A DNA stretch of 64,000 bases from positions 303,463-367,462 of the forward strand of contig CAYGDX010000001.1 in NCBI GenBank assembly GCA_964348825.1, given 5' to 3'. The notes under the pieces are model-generated. The model did not search any database. It saw nothing but the letters and a program-made list of their open reading frames with translations, and was not told where the DNA came from. The stretch is from an uncultured Gammaproteobacteria bacterium. Its GTDB lineage: Bacteria; Patescibacteriota; Patescibacteriia; Veblenbacterales; UBA10138. Shown here piece after piece: positions 45,029 to 54,973 of this stretch (positions within the stretch are counted from its first letter, which is position 1; each line of letters starts with the position of its first letter). Made by a program: the position numbers and the translations under genes.

Positions 45029-46615
45029 TTAATTAATTATTATAGGAATTTCCACATAAGGTTGCTCAAAATCAAAACCAGCGGGGTTATCTTTTTCAAG
45101 ATGTATTATAGCACTGCCTTTGTAATCAGTGTTAATTTCGGCTTGGAATGGCACGAGTTTTTCTGTCATCCATTCTCCGCGGGCTTGGGCTGGAATTTGT
45201 AATAAAATTTTGCCGTCTTCCCCTATTAATTTCAGTGGCATTGAGGCCTCAAAAAACCAAGTGCCTGGTGCTTCACCAGTAACTGTAAATTTGTTGCTGA
45301 TTTTAGCCAGCGGTTCGGGGTTAGTAATTTTTACTTTATCTGAACCAATTCCAAACCGCTTAATGTTTGTATCTAGATTATCAGTTTTTATAATTTTATA
45401 AATCACACCGGCTTTATCGTCCGACACAAATATAGTACCACCAGGTTGAATTAATATATCAACTGGCCGACCGGCTACGCGTGAACCTTGTAAAAATCCA
45501 TTTAAAAAATCTTCCACGCCTAGTACTTTACCTTTGGCATCAAGTTTGAAGCGTACAATTTTATAACCAGTTGGTTCAGTTTTATTCCACGAGCCGTGAT
45601 ATGAAACCAGTAAATTATACCACAAATCTTCTGGCCAGCCTTCTTCTGGTACAAAAGCAAGCCCGAGTGGAGCGGAATGTGCTGGTAAGTCAATATAACT
45701 TGGCATTTCAAATGGCTCACTGCAAGGCTTTCTTAAAAATAATTTACCTTTTATATTTTCAAATTTATCATCGTGAATATTTTGGCCATAACAACTTGGC
45801 CAACCATAGTTGCCATTTTCTTTAATGATATTAATTTCGTCGGGCGGTAAAATATCACCTAAATTATCGCGCCCCATTTCGGTCGCCCACACTTCACCAT
45901 TTACCGGATGTAAATTCATAAAAACACTATTACGCAGTCCATGGACGTAGATTTTACTTTGCTTAGTTTTAATATCATAAGATAAAATCGTGCCATTTCT
46001 TTCATCTTTTTCATAACACACATCGCAAGCAGAGCCCACGGAAATAAGTAAAATATTATCTTGCGGCGATGGCAAAAATAATAATGTGCGTGTGAAATGT
46101 CGCCCGCCACTGGGGAAGTCTAAAAGTTTTTGTTGGTTTTCAGCTAAGCCGGTTTGTTTGTTTAAATTGTATATGGAAAGTTTGTCTTCTTCCGCTACAT
46201 AAAGCTGACATAAGTCGCCCTCACATTTAGTTGTAATGCCATGTGGCTTGTTTAATTTATCGGCTACGGTAATTATATCTTCCGCCTCGCCATCGCCATT
46301 TTTATCCTTCAGGCCAAAAATTTTACCGAGCTTAGGTGAACTGACAAGCAAATAACCATTTTCACCCCAAGTGAGCACGCGGGCATTTTCAATACCTTCC
46401 GCCCATTTATAAATTTTAAATCCCGCTGGTAAATTTAAATAGGTAATTTCATTTTTTGCTGGTGGCGTTAGAATGTCTCCCACTGGCTTTTGAAATGGCT
46501 CTGTCACTGGCAGAATTGCGGGCAGTGCGCCACGATATTGCCACAGGCCAAAGCCAATGGCACTAACCACTAAAATAACCGATCCGCCGAGAATAAATAA
46601 GGTTATACGAAGCAT
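45029..46615 (-). CDS. membrane-anchored beta-propeller protein, soluble PQQ-type sugar dehydrogenase-like
   Basis: N-terminal TM; propeller-like repeats with G..W and HG motifs; about 110-aa C-terminal extension. Confidence 0.45.
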   Translation of the reverse strand: MLRITLFILGGSVILVVSAIGFGLWQYRGALPAILPVTEPFQKPVGDILTPPAKNEITYLNLPAGFKIYKWAEGIENARVLTWGENGYLLVSSPKLGKIFGLKDKNGDGEAEDIITVADKLNKPHGITTKCEGDLCQLYVAEEDKLSIYNLNKQTGLAENQQKLLDFPSGGRHFTRTLLFLPSPQDNILLISVGSACDVCYEKDERNGTILSYDIKTKQSKIYVHGLRNSVFMNLHPVNGEVWATEMGRDNLGDILPPDEINIIKENGNYGWPSCYGQNIHDDKFENIKGKLFLRKPCSEPFEMPSYIDLPAHSAPLGLAFVPEEGWPEDLWYNLLVSYHGSWNKTEPTGYKIVRFKLDAKGKVLGVEDFLNGFLQGSRVAGRPVDILIQPGGTIFVSDDKAGVIYKIIKTDNLDTNIKRFGIGSDKVKITNPEPLAKISNKFTVTGEAPGTWFFEASMPLKLIGEDGKILLQIPAQARGEWMTEKLVPFQAEINTDYKGSAIIHLEKDNPAGFDFEQPYVEIPIIIN

Positions 46616-46625
46616 AAAAATTAGT

Positions 46626-47288
46626 TTATTTTTTAGTCATAACGACTTGCCATTCTGTTTTTAATTTCCCTTTTTCATTTGTTTTAGAATATTCTTCAAT
46701 TTTTGTTATTTCAAAATTGTGACTGCCAGCTAAGTTTTTTATTTCTTGTTCAGTAAAATAATGTTGAAAGGCGCCTTGTTCAATTCCATCTGTAACTAAA
46801 AATGTTTTACCACCAAAATCATTTTCTTTCATCAACTTCTCATTTTCTTTGGGCGGTTGAGAAATAGAGCGAATGGTAATTAAAATATGACTATTTTCTT
46901 TTAAAACACGCGCCATCTCGGCAAAGGCACCTTCCAATTGTTCGTCATTATTGTAATCCAAAACACGATTAGAAATTAAAGAATCAAATGCATTATTTTT
47001 GAATGGTAAATTATGAATATCGGCTAATAAAATATTTGAATTAGTGTATTCTTTTAGTTTTTCTTTAGTTTTTTCTACGCCAACTTCTGATATATCAACC
47101 GCCGTTATGTTTATACCTTTTTCGGCTAAATACTTACTGTGACGACCAGAACCGCAGCCTAAATCAAGGCAGTGATTATTTTCATTTAAATACTCATCAA
47201 TAAAGCGAGTAACTACTGATCTGGGTTTTGTCTCTTCGTGGGTAGCGTACTTATGATCGTACATAGCTGTGCCAAAATTTTTCTCCAT
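46626..47288 (-). CDS. class I SAM-dependent methyltransferase
   Basis: Motif I LDLGCGSGRHS and motif II/III spacing. Confidence 0.75.
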   Translation of the reverse strand: MEKNFGTAMYDHKYATHEETKPRSVVTRFIDEYLNENNHCLDLGCGSGRHSKYLAEKGINITAVDISEVGVEKTKEKLKEYTNSNILLADIHNLPFKNNAFDSLISNRVLDYNNDEQLEGAFAEMARVLKENSHILITIRSISQPPKENEKLMKENDFGGKTFLVTDGIEQGAFQHYFTEQEIKNLAGSHNFEITKIEEYSKTNEKGKLKTEWQVVMTKK

Positions 47289-47293
47289 ATGAT

Positions 47294-47605
47294 TTATTTG
47301 TTATTAAAATATTTTAGCCACCAGTTTTTAACTCTTAAAATAGCTGAGGTGGAAATTAAGAATGCTACTGATGGTACTATGGCATTCAAAAATGGTTCGG
47401 GGAGTTTAGATATAATAAAAAATACTACAATCGCAAAGTAGGTCAAAAGCAAGATAATAAACTTTCGTGTCCAGCTCATTTCCCACCTTTTATCTGATTC
47501 AACACGTTTATTGCGGGCTTTAATTTCTTCGATTTCTTTGGCTAATTCATCGATCGAAATCATACTATTTGTCGTATTATTTAGAATCAGGATTAATTTC
47601 TTCAA
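47294..47605 (-). CDS. hypothetical small membrane protein
   Basis: 103 aa, coiled-coil N-terminal part then two TM helices; overlaps the next gene by 29 nt. Confidence 0.35.
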   Translation of the reverse strand: MKKLILILNNTTNSMISIDELAKEIEEIKARNKRVESDKRWEMSWTRKFIILLLTYFAIVVFFIISKLPEPFLNAIVPSVAFLISTSAILRVKNWWLKYFNNK

Positions 47606-47999
47606 TAACTTTTCCAGCTATTTCTTTATCTTGATCTTCTGTGCCACCCGCTATACCCAGACCGCCAACAAGTTTACCATCAAAAATAAGTGGCATACCA
47701 CCGCCGATGTTGGTAAGTGTATTGTCAGAACCGAGTGGAAGTGTAATAGCTAAATCAGCCGACATCCAACCTGTAGCTTTGCCAGTTGAAGCGGCCGTGT
47801 TTGCCTTTTTTCTACTAGTTTCTGTACTGTGTGGAGTTGCCCCATCGGCTTTGGCAAAAGCAATTAAATTCATTGATCTGTCAACGACTGATACCGATGC
47901 TTTTACTCCAACGCTAGTTGCAATATTTAATGTTTTTTGAATTATTTCAAGCGCTTTTTCAATTGAGATATTTGACACTTCGTGATAATTTTTTGTCAT
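47577..47999 (-). CDS. GlcG/HbpS-like heme-binding protein (DUF336)
   Basis: DUF336 pattern A...K...A..F.....GGLGIAGG near the C-terminus. Confidence 0.7.
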   Translation of the reverse strand: MTKNYHEVSNISIEKALEIIQKTLNIATSVGVKASVSVVDRSMNLIAFAKADGATPHSTETSRKKANTAASTGKATGWMSADLAITLPLGSDNTLTNIGGGMPLIFDGKLVGGLGIAGGTEDQDKEIAGKVIEEINPDSK

Positions 48000-48023
48000 A
48001 AATATTAAAAATAAAGATTATTA

Positions 48024-48257
48024 CTATTTTTTGTTGTTTTTTAAATAAAAGTATTTTCTAATTATTATATCAATACCTATAGTAATTAAAACTATCCCTA
48101 ATACTTTATAGCCCGTATTATGATTAATAAAAACAAGGGATGGTAGGCCCCCTATTTTTCTTTCGGGGCGTAATAAGTTGTAACTTAAAATCCAAACTCC
48201 GGTTATTATTATGATATCTGGTAAATAATTATTCATTAGTGCTATTATTTTTTTCAT
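48024..48257 (-). CDS. hypothetical small membrane protein
   Basis: 77 aa, two hydrophobic helices. Confidence 0.3.
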   Translation of the reverse strand: MKKIIALMNNYLPDIIIITGVWILSYNLLRPERKIGGLPSLVFINHNTGYKVLGIVLITIGIDIIIRKYFYLKNNKK

Positions 48258-48308
48258 AGTTGAAAAATTACTTAGAAATTAGATATTAGGATTTAGAAAT
48301 TTATATTT

Positions 48309-49184
48309 TTACCATCTCCCACTACTTCCTCCACCACCTGAAAAGCCGCCGCCGAAGCCACCAAAACCACCATCGCTGTGGCCACCACCACCAAAACCTC
48401 CTCCACCAATCCACCATGGAAAGTGTCCGCCAGCAGTTTTTCGTTTTTGGTAGTTTTTGGAAACAATAAAATCAAATAAAAGTCCGAGTGGAATAAGCAC
48501 CGCTAAGCTAATTATACCAAAATACATAAATCCTTTAATCAAACCAATTATTACACCAATTACTCCACCCGCTACTCCACCTGCCCACCAAGATTTAGAG
48601 CGCCCTAAAATACTACCCAGCCACATTATGCCAAAAAATACAAAGTAGAACCAATTAAAATTACTTTCGCGCGTCCGAGGTGCGTTATTATAATCAATAC
48701 TAGCATCGCCCTGTAAAACGCCAATAATTTTATCTGCGGCTTGGTTTATGCCAGAAAAATAATTTCCTTGTTTAAATTCAGGAATAATAAAATTTTGAAT
48801 AATTTGGTTGCTTGCGGCATCAGTTAAATCACCTTCTAAACCATAACCCACTTCAATTCGTACTGCGCGATCATCTTTGGAAATTAAAAGTAAGGCGCCG
48901 TTATCTTTTCCTTTTTGGCCAATCCCCCATTCTTTAAATAATTCCACGGTGAAATTTTCAATAGTATCGCCAGTCAAATTATTTATTGTGACGATGGAAA
49001 TTTCCGCGCCGGTTTGGGTTTTAAAATTATTTAATTTATTTTCTAATATGGTGCGTTGCTCGGTTGTTAAAAGATTAGCAAAGTCGTTAATAAAACCAGT
49101 GGGCGCTCCGGGATTTGTATACGCCAAAGCAACGGTCGGTAAGACCGTTGCGAGTAAGATGGCGATGATTAGGCGGCGGAACAT
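48309..49184 (-). CDS. TPM-domain (TLP18.3/YgcG-like) protein with Gly-rich tail
   Basis: Signal peptide, TPM phosphatase-like domain (DFANLLT...ISIVTI...GALLLISKDDR.VRIEVGYGLEG), TM, GGGGFGGGG tail; paired with LemA. Confidence 0.75.
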   Translation of the reverse strand: MFRRLIIAILLATVLPTVALAYTNPGAPTGFINDFANLLTTEQRTILENKLNNFKTQTGAEISIVTINNLTGDTIENFTVELFKEWGIGQKGKDNGALLLISKDDRAVRIEVGYGLEGDLTDAASNQIIQNFIIPEFKQGNYFSGINQAADKIIGVLQGDASIDYNNAPRTRESNFNWFYFVFFGIMWLGSILGRSKSWWAGGVAGGVIGVIIGLIKGFMYFGIISLAVLIPLGLLFDFIVSKNYQKRKTAGGHFPWWIGGGGFGGGGHSDGGFGGFGGGFSGGGGSSGRW

Positions 49185-49188
49185 AGTT

Positions 49189-49216
49189 CTGGATTCCCGC
49201 TTCCGCGGGAATGACG
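49189..49216. repeat. GC-rich palindromic element (CTGGATTCCCGC-TTCC-GCGGGAATGACG), copy 3
   Basis: Between the TPM gene start and the LemA stop; identical termini to 11732-11790. Confidence 0.55.
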
Positions 49217-49771
49217 CTAGAAGTTTACTTTCGGAGCGTTTTCAGATCCTTGAGTTGCTTCAAAATAAGTTTTGGCATCAAAGCTAAACATTTTGGCAAA
49301 TAAATTACTTGGGAAACGTTTGGTTAGTAAATTATAGTCGCGTACCGTGTCATTATATCGTTTACGCTCCACACTTACTCTATTTTCTGTGCCCTCTAAT
49401 TGTGACATTAAAGTTTGTACGGTATCGGCCGATTTTAATTGTGGATAATTTTCCATTATAACCAATAAACGACTTAATGCTGATTCTACTTGATTTGCAC
49501 CGCTCACCCGTTGTTCAGGAGTAACTGCTGAACCGTATTTAGTACGAGCGTCGGCTAGAGCCGTAAAAATTTCTTTTTCTTGCTTCATAACGCCTTTGAC
49601 TGATTCCACTAAATTAGGAATTAAATCAAAACGGCGTTGGTACTGCGTTTCTACTTGTGACCATTGGTTAGTAACACCCTCTTGCCCACTGACTAAACGA
49701 TTATACATACTTAGGCCGTAGAGTAAAATTAGGGCGGCAATGATTAAAATTATCCAACTAGATTTTTTCAT
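49217..49771 (-). CDS. LemA family protein
   Basis: N-terminal TM plus the conserved LemA core (YNRLV...QVETQYQRRFDLIPNLV). Confidence 0.8.
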   Translation of the reverse strand: MKKSSWIILIIAALILLYGLSMYNRLVSGQEGVTNQWSQVETQYQRRFDLIPNLVESVKGVMKQEKEIFTALADARTKYGSAVTPEQRVSGANQVESALSRLLVIMENYPQLKSADTVQTLMSQLEGTENRVSVERKRYNDTVRDYNLLTKRFPSNLFAKMFSFDAKTYFEATQGSENAPKVNF

Positions 49772-49832
49772 AAAATTTTAGATTAATACTTAATGACTAA
49801 TATTTAAATTATAGTAGATTTTTTAAATTTAA

Positions 49833-50357
49833 TCAATCTATAATACTAGTAGTATCATACCCCAACTCTTTTGCCCTTCGTACTGATTTATTTAAAAAAT
49901 AAATCCAATGGTCAAAATCTTTATTTTCATTTCTAGAATTCCAGTTTTGTAAAATTTCTTTTATAGATACCCAAACTAAAGAAAATTTTTCATGATCTTC
50001 TAATTTAGTAGGGTTTAGTTTATCATCTTTCAGTATAACGAGAAAACAAGTAGCAAGTGCAACACGATTTACATTTTTTAAACTATTGTGAAAATGACAC
50101 ATCGCTTCTGCTATTTTTTCAACATGTAAAAAATTATATAAACCACTTTCTTCTTCTACCTCCCTCAAAACTCCAATTTGCATGTCTTCATCTTTTTCAA
50201 CTCCCCCAGAAAAAAGTCGAAGTAGTCCATTGTTTTCTTGTTTCCCAACAGCATATTTTTGATTTTTGGGGTCGAATACAAAAGCACACCCACCATCTCT
50301 TCTTTCTTCGTTTGCTCTTTTTATTCCAAATTCTGGAATATTATTTTGTTTATCCAT
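49833..50357 (-). CDS. NUDIX hydrolase-like protein
   Basis: Nudix box GGVEKDEDMQIGVLREVEEESGL. Confidence 0.6.
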   Translation of the reverse strand: MDKQNNIPEFGIKRANEERRDGGCAFVFDPKNQKYAVGKQENNGLLRLFSGGVEKDEDMQIGVLREVEEESGLYNFLHVEKIAEAMCHFHNSLKNVNRVALATCFLVILKDDKLNPTKLEDHEKFSLVWVSIKEILQNWNSRNENKDFDHWIYFLNKSVRRAKELGYDTTSIID

Positions 50358-50422
50358 AAAATTGTTTTATGTTTGCGAAGGTGGATAGCTTGTGGCTTGC
50401 AGTGATGTCGATAGTTGATCTG

Positions 50423-51652
50423 TTAGTAAAAAATCAACGGTACCAATAAAACGCCTAAGATGATGAGTAAAGCTAAATATCCTAAAATATTTATAATCGG
50501 CTGGGTAGTTTTATCACCCATTATTTTTTTATTGTTAGATAATCTGATAATTAAAAAAATTAAAATTGGCGTGAGTATGGCATAAATTATAGCGGTTTTA
50601 ATTAATAAATCAACTGGATCAAAGCCAAGCAGAGTTAATAAAATTCCTAAAATTGTGGCAATAATAATTGTAAAATGAAAACCGCGCGTACGGCGGTATG
50701 GTTTACCTAAGCCCTCTGGCCAATTAAAAAGTTCAGCCGCAATGTAGCCAGTCGCGCCAGCTAGCACTGGAATAGCGAGAAGCCCAGTGCCAATTATGCC
50801 AAGGGCAAACATTAAATAAGCGGCGGAACCGAGGAGTGGCTCCAGCACAAGTGCCGCTTGGTCAAAATTAGTGATCAAAGTTAATCCTTCATTTTGTGCT
50901 AAGTGCGCCGCGCCTACCAAAATAAACCACATTACAGTATTAGAAAAAAGCATACCAAGGAAGGTATCTTCATGTAGATTTTTTAATTCGTGTTTAGTAA
51001 CAGTAATGCGTTTAAATTTTTTTTCTTCAGCTTCTTCACCAGCTTGCCAAAAAAATAAATACGGTGAAATGGTAGTACCTAAAATAGCTGAGATAATCAG
51101 CCAACCCATTAAAGTATCAGGCAAGGCGGGTGTAAAAGTTTGGCCTAGGGTTTCAAACCAATTTATTTTTATAGCAAATACTGTGGCCACATAAGCAAAT
51201 AATGAAAGAGTGAGCCATTTTAGTACATGCGCGATTTTATGATAAGAAAATTTGAATAGTAAAAATAAAATTAAACCAGCGGCGGCTACTAACCAAAACA
51301 AACGCGTGAAGCCAGTTAGTTTTTCCATCACAACACCGATCGCAAGTAGGTCGGCACCTAAATTTATTATCATAGCGCTTCCTGCCGCTAAAGCGATAAT
51401 GTAAACTAATAATTTTGGATAATTGTTTTTAAGTAAACGCAATAAACCGTGGCCTGTAACCATACCGAGCCGCCCACACATTTCTTGGATAGCGTACATT
51501 AGAGGAAGAGTAAGCAAGGCCGACCAGAGCGACCGAAAACCTAAAATTACTCCGGCCTGCAGGTATGTGATAATGCCAGATGGGTCGTCGTCGGAAGCGC
51601 CGGTGATTAGACCAGGCCCGAGGATTTTTAGTAGTTTGGAATTTTTGAACAT
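50423..51652 (-). CDS. NRAMP-family divalent metal (Mn/Fe) transporter
   Basis: LGPGLITGASDDDPSGIITY NRAMP N-terminal signature, about 11 TM helices; likely start at 51652 (MFKNSKLL), the ORF-track start at 51706 lies inside a repeat element. Confidence 0.8.
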   Translation of the reverse strand: MFKNSKLLKILGPGLITGASDDDPSGIITYLQAGVILGFRSLWSALLTLPLMYAIQEMCGRLGMVTGHGLLRLLKNNYPKLLVYIIALAAGSAMIINLGADLLAIGVVMEKLTGFTRLFWLVAAAGLILFLLFKFSYHKIAHVLKWLTLSLFAYVATVFAIKINWFETLGQTFTPALPDTLMGWLIISAILGTTISPYLFFWQAGEEAEEKKFKRITVTKHELKNLHEDTFLGMLFSNTVMWFILVGAAHLAQNEGLTLITNFDQAALVLEPLLGSAAYLMFALGIIGTGLLAIPVLAGATGYIAAELFNWPEGLGKPYRRTRGFHFTIIIATILGILLTLLGFDPVDLLIKTAIIYAILTPILIFLIIRLSNNKKIMGDKTTQPIINILGYLALLIILGVLLVPLIFY

Positions 51653-51670
51653 TGGATTAGTTATGACTCT

Positions 51671-51747
51671 CATTAGAACATTTAAACATTTAGAACATTG
51701 GAACATTTTGTTCTTTCTGTTTTAATGTTCTAGTGATCTAGTGATTT
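51671..51747. repeat. TAGAACA-type intergenic inverted repeat, family 4, copy 2
   Basis: CATTAGAACATTTAAACATTTAGAACATTGGAAC...GTTCTAGTGATCTAGTGATTT. Confidence 0.6.
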
Positions 51748-51752
51748 GATAT

Positions 51753-52139
51753 TTATAAAAAATCTACAATTATGCCGTAAATTAAAGCTAAACCCGAAAG
51801 TATAAAAATAGTAATGTAGTTCCAACGTTCTTTACTGGATTTGAGTGATTGTAAAACATAATTGAGGGCTGATTTATCATCAATTGATAAACTGCTAGCT
51901 GAATCGATTTTACTTACTAATTTTTGATCATCAATAATTTTAGCCCGATTTTCTGACACCTGAAAACGGTGGGCAAAGTAAATTACAAAACCAATCGTGC
52001 CAATATACCACGAAATTTTTAGCCAAATTGGATCAACATTACTAAATACAATAATAATACGGTAAGCAATGGTGGCGATAATACCAGACCAGAAGTAGAA
52101 GGCGCGGGCGAATGATGAGTGGATTTTAGGAGAGACCAT
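51753..52139 (-). CDS. hypothetical small membrane protein
   Basis: 128 aa, 3-4 predicted TM helices. Confidence 0.4.
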   Translation of the reverse strand: MVSPKIHSSFARAFYFWSGIIATIAYRIIIVFSNVDPIWLKISWYIGTIGFVIYFAHRFQVSENRAKIIDDQKLVSKIDSASSLSIDDKSALNYVLQSLKSSKERWNYITIFILSGLALIYGIIVDFL

Positions 52140-52444
52140 AGCTGTTCATGTAAGAATAATAAGGTAGAATACGAGGTTTTTTAAATCCGAAGCACTAAAT
52201 GAAATCCAAAGTGCTTAATTTCCAATTTCCAAATCCCAATTTCCAATAAATTTTCAATGATTCAATGACCAAAGTGATTAAAAAAATAAACTAATTGAAA
52301 AATTGATAATTGATTCATTTATTGAAAATTGTAAATTGATCATTGTAAATTCAAAGACATTTGGGGATTGGATCTTGGGATTTGGGAATTAAACGCATTA
52401 GACATTAGTCATTTTTAGAAATTAGTGATTAGAAATTAGAAATT

Positions 52445-54919
52445 TTATTTTATATTCTCCAACAACACTCCATAATACTCATCTTGTTCAAAACTAGATG
52501 ATAATTTTATAGCGCGAGGTTCAGAAGTTAATTCTCGTGAGCTATCATTCCATCTTATTCGCCAGTTAGTTGGTATTTTTAAAACTGAAGTAAAATTTGT
52601 TTTTTTAACACCAGCTTGTTTTTGGAAATAAACCGAATAACGCCGTAGATCTTGCCAGTCGCTTTGGGTACTTAAAGTAAAAGGTAATTTATAAGTGTAA
52701 GTAAGTGTGCGCGACTCGCCGGGTGAAACACTTAGCCAATTAGCAAAAACAGTTTTACTAAATTCATCTGTAATTCTAGTGCCTGACGAGGTGTGGATTT
52801 TTTCGTTGGTTTCAGTGGCTAGTAAATCATCATCAAAGTTTGCACCTGGTGTTATAGCTCGAAAATAATCAAGTGGCGGCGGTGTGGCGCCAGTGGCTTC
52901 TAAAAGTTCAGCCCCAGCTGGTACGTATAATCTTAAATAATCAACATTGTGGCGACTCTCAAAAATATTTTTTGGGTTTCCATTATGCGTACGAGTAATA
53001 GTTACATTGGCTACTAAATCGCCGGTTGGTAGTATTTCAACACTATGGTTGATTTTATTATTGATTACGGCGTCGGTTTTACCGCCACCAATGTTAGTAT
53101 GCACTACCGCCAAGTAATCAAGCGGTACTTGCTTTACTTCCCCACTGAAGCCAAGAAGCGAAAATTGTTCTTGTAAATATTCATCGGTAAAATAAAATTG
53201 AATATTTTTAGCACGCAAAGCTTTTTCTAAAATTGTAATAAGCTCCATTTTTTTATCGGCTGGTAAGCTAAGCGTACGGTTTATAAGTTCAGGAAATAAA
53301 TCAGCAATAAATTGTTTAGGGCGATTGATTGTTTTATCGTATTCAAGTTCCACGGCTGACTGGGTTTCAATCATAAAATTATCGGCTGTGATAATTTTTT
53401 TATATTTTGGCATGTTAATTGGACCAGTCAATTTTAGTAAATCAAGTGCTAAATCAGGAGTAATAGCAATTACACCATCAGCTTCGGGGCCGGCTGAATT
53501 TTTAATAAACCATAAAATTTTTTGAGCGGAAGCTTTGAAATCAAACCACCAATTAGCGTCTTGTAGTTGCCAAGCACCACGTAGTAAACGAATTGGTTCG
53601 GGTGGGCGAATATTTTTACTTAATTGGCCTTGAAAATCATATGGTCCGCCGCCTGGAATGTTAAGACCAGTTACGGCACTATCTTTAACCGAAATAAAAG
53701 CTAAACTACCAGCAAAGCCACCGGTGGGGCGAAGTTCAGCTGAGTTTTGAAATAAGAAAACGTAATTTTTTTCTTCTTTATTATTAATAATTTCATTAAT
53801 TAAAGCTGGGATATCAAGCGCGCTGGTAATAACATCAGTTAATCTATTTAATTCGGTTTGCAAATAAATTATTTTAGGTTGTAGTTCAGTTGGTAGATCA
53901 CTCGGGTCAACTTTAGCTAAGCTACTAGTAGCCGAAGCTAAAATATTTTTTAATTCAAAAAGTGTGGCCGGTAAATTGGTGGGTTTATTTTCACTTAAAT
54001 TATTATCTATTAATTCTGACCAAGTGCTAGTGATTAAACTAGCGCCACGTGAAATATTTTGGCTGGCTGAAAGCAAATGAGTTAAACTAATAATTTTTTT
54101 AGGACTGCCTGGTATTTGTTTGATGATGCTGGCAATTTGCGTTGGCATTTCGCCGATTACATTTTGAGCCAGCGTAAAGGCCTCGGTGCTTTCGGCAAAT
54201 TTTAAAGTGGCGGCCTCAGTATTGCCAGCGTTAAAATTATTACCGCCAGTTTTAAAACTTTCTAGCGCCGAGTTTACTAATTTTTTTATTTCATTTTCTT
54301 TCAAACCTAATTTTTGCCAAGTGGCCAACCCTTTGATTGGTAGGGCGACAATTAGGGCAAGAGCGGCAAAAGAAAGTGCGCCGCGTAGTAGCCAAGCGCC
54401 TTGGTTGGTTGAATAAGTCACACTTACTAATTTTAGTGGTTTGTTAAGTAAGCCAAAAGGATAAGCAATAATTTGTAAAAATTTTTTAAAATCACGCCCG
54501 ACCGATTTTAAAATTTCCCAAATAAAATAAGTGTTTCGTAAATAGTAGTATAAAATTGAATGTGATATTTTGTTTATTGAATAAAGGAAAAAATCCAAAA
54601 CCATGATAATAGACAGTTCGGAAATTTTAGGTGATTTTTTAGCTACCTGCCAAATTAGGTCACTACGCCAGGTTGATTTAGTATGATGAGTTCTAGTTAA
54701 ATCAATAAAAGTATAATGGTTTCGTTTGGCTTCTCGTTTGGTAGTTACTTTGTTGGTAGCTGGAGTTTTAGTGGTTAATTTAGTTGGACGTAAGTTTAAA
54801 ACATGACGCGAAATTAGCGGCGTGCCTGAAATTAGCGGCCGAGTAGTTTGATCGCTAATTTTCATTTGCCACCAACGGAAGTTGTTATTTTTTTTATTTG
54901 TATCCCCTCTTTCAAGCAT
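52445..54919 (-). CDS. large membrane-anchored extracytoplasmic protein (DUF4012-like; polysaccharide-locus associated)
   Basis: 824 aa, one N-terminal TM region then a large soluble domain; sits in the glycosyltransferase locus. Family assignment is from memory only. Confidence 0.4.
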   Translation of the reverse strand: MLERGDTNKKNNNFRWWQMKISDQTTRPLISGTPLISRHVLNLRPTKLTTKTPATNKVTTKREAKRNHYTFIDLTRTHHTKSTWRSDLIWQVAKKSPKISELSIIMVLDFFLYSINKISHSILYYYLRNTYFIWEILKSVGRDFKKFLQIIAYPFGLLNKPLKLVSVTYSTNQGAWLLRGALSFAALALIVALPIKGLATWQKLGLKENEIKKLVNSALESFKTGGNNFNAGNTEAATLKFAESTEAFTLAQNVIGEMPTQIASIIKQIPGSPKKIISLTHLLSASQNISRGASLITSTWSELIDNNLSENKPTNLPATLFELKNILASATSSLAKVDPSDLPTELQPKIIYLQTELNRLTDVITSALDIPALINEIINNKEEKNYVFLFQNSAELRPTGGFAGSLAFISVKDSAVTGLNIPGGGPYDFQGQLSKNIRPPEPIRLLRGAWQLQDANWWFDFKASAQKILWFIKNSAGPEADGVIAITPDLALDLLKLTGPINMPKYKKIITADNFMIETQSAVELEYDKTINRPKQFIADLFPELINRTLSLPADKKMELITILEKALRAKNIQFYFTDEYLQEQFSLLGFSGEVKQVPLDYLAVVHTNIGGGKTDAVINNKINHSVEILPTGDLVANVTITRTHNGNPKNIFESRHNVDYLRLYVPAGAELLEATGATPPPLDYFRAITPGANFDDDLLATETNEKIHTSSGTRITDEFSKTVFANWLSVSPGESRTLTYTYKLPFTLSTQSDWQDLRRYSVYFQKQAGVKKTNFTSVLKIPTNWRIRWNDSSRELTSEPRAIKLSSSFEQDEYYGVLLENIK

Positions 54920-54973
54920 AGTTAAATTATACCACTAAAACTAAAAACTCAAAAGTAAAAAGTCAAAAGTTTT

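Noticed and set aside
48293-48475. 60-aa ORF overlapping the 3' end of the TPM-domain gene
   Set aside because: It reads through the Gly-rich tail (GGGGFGG), a region that gives spurious open frames, and it lies entirely within a supported CDS.
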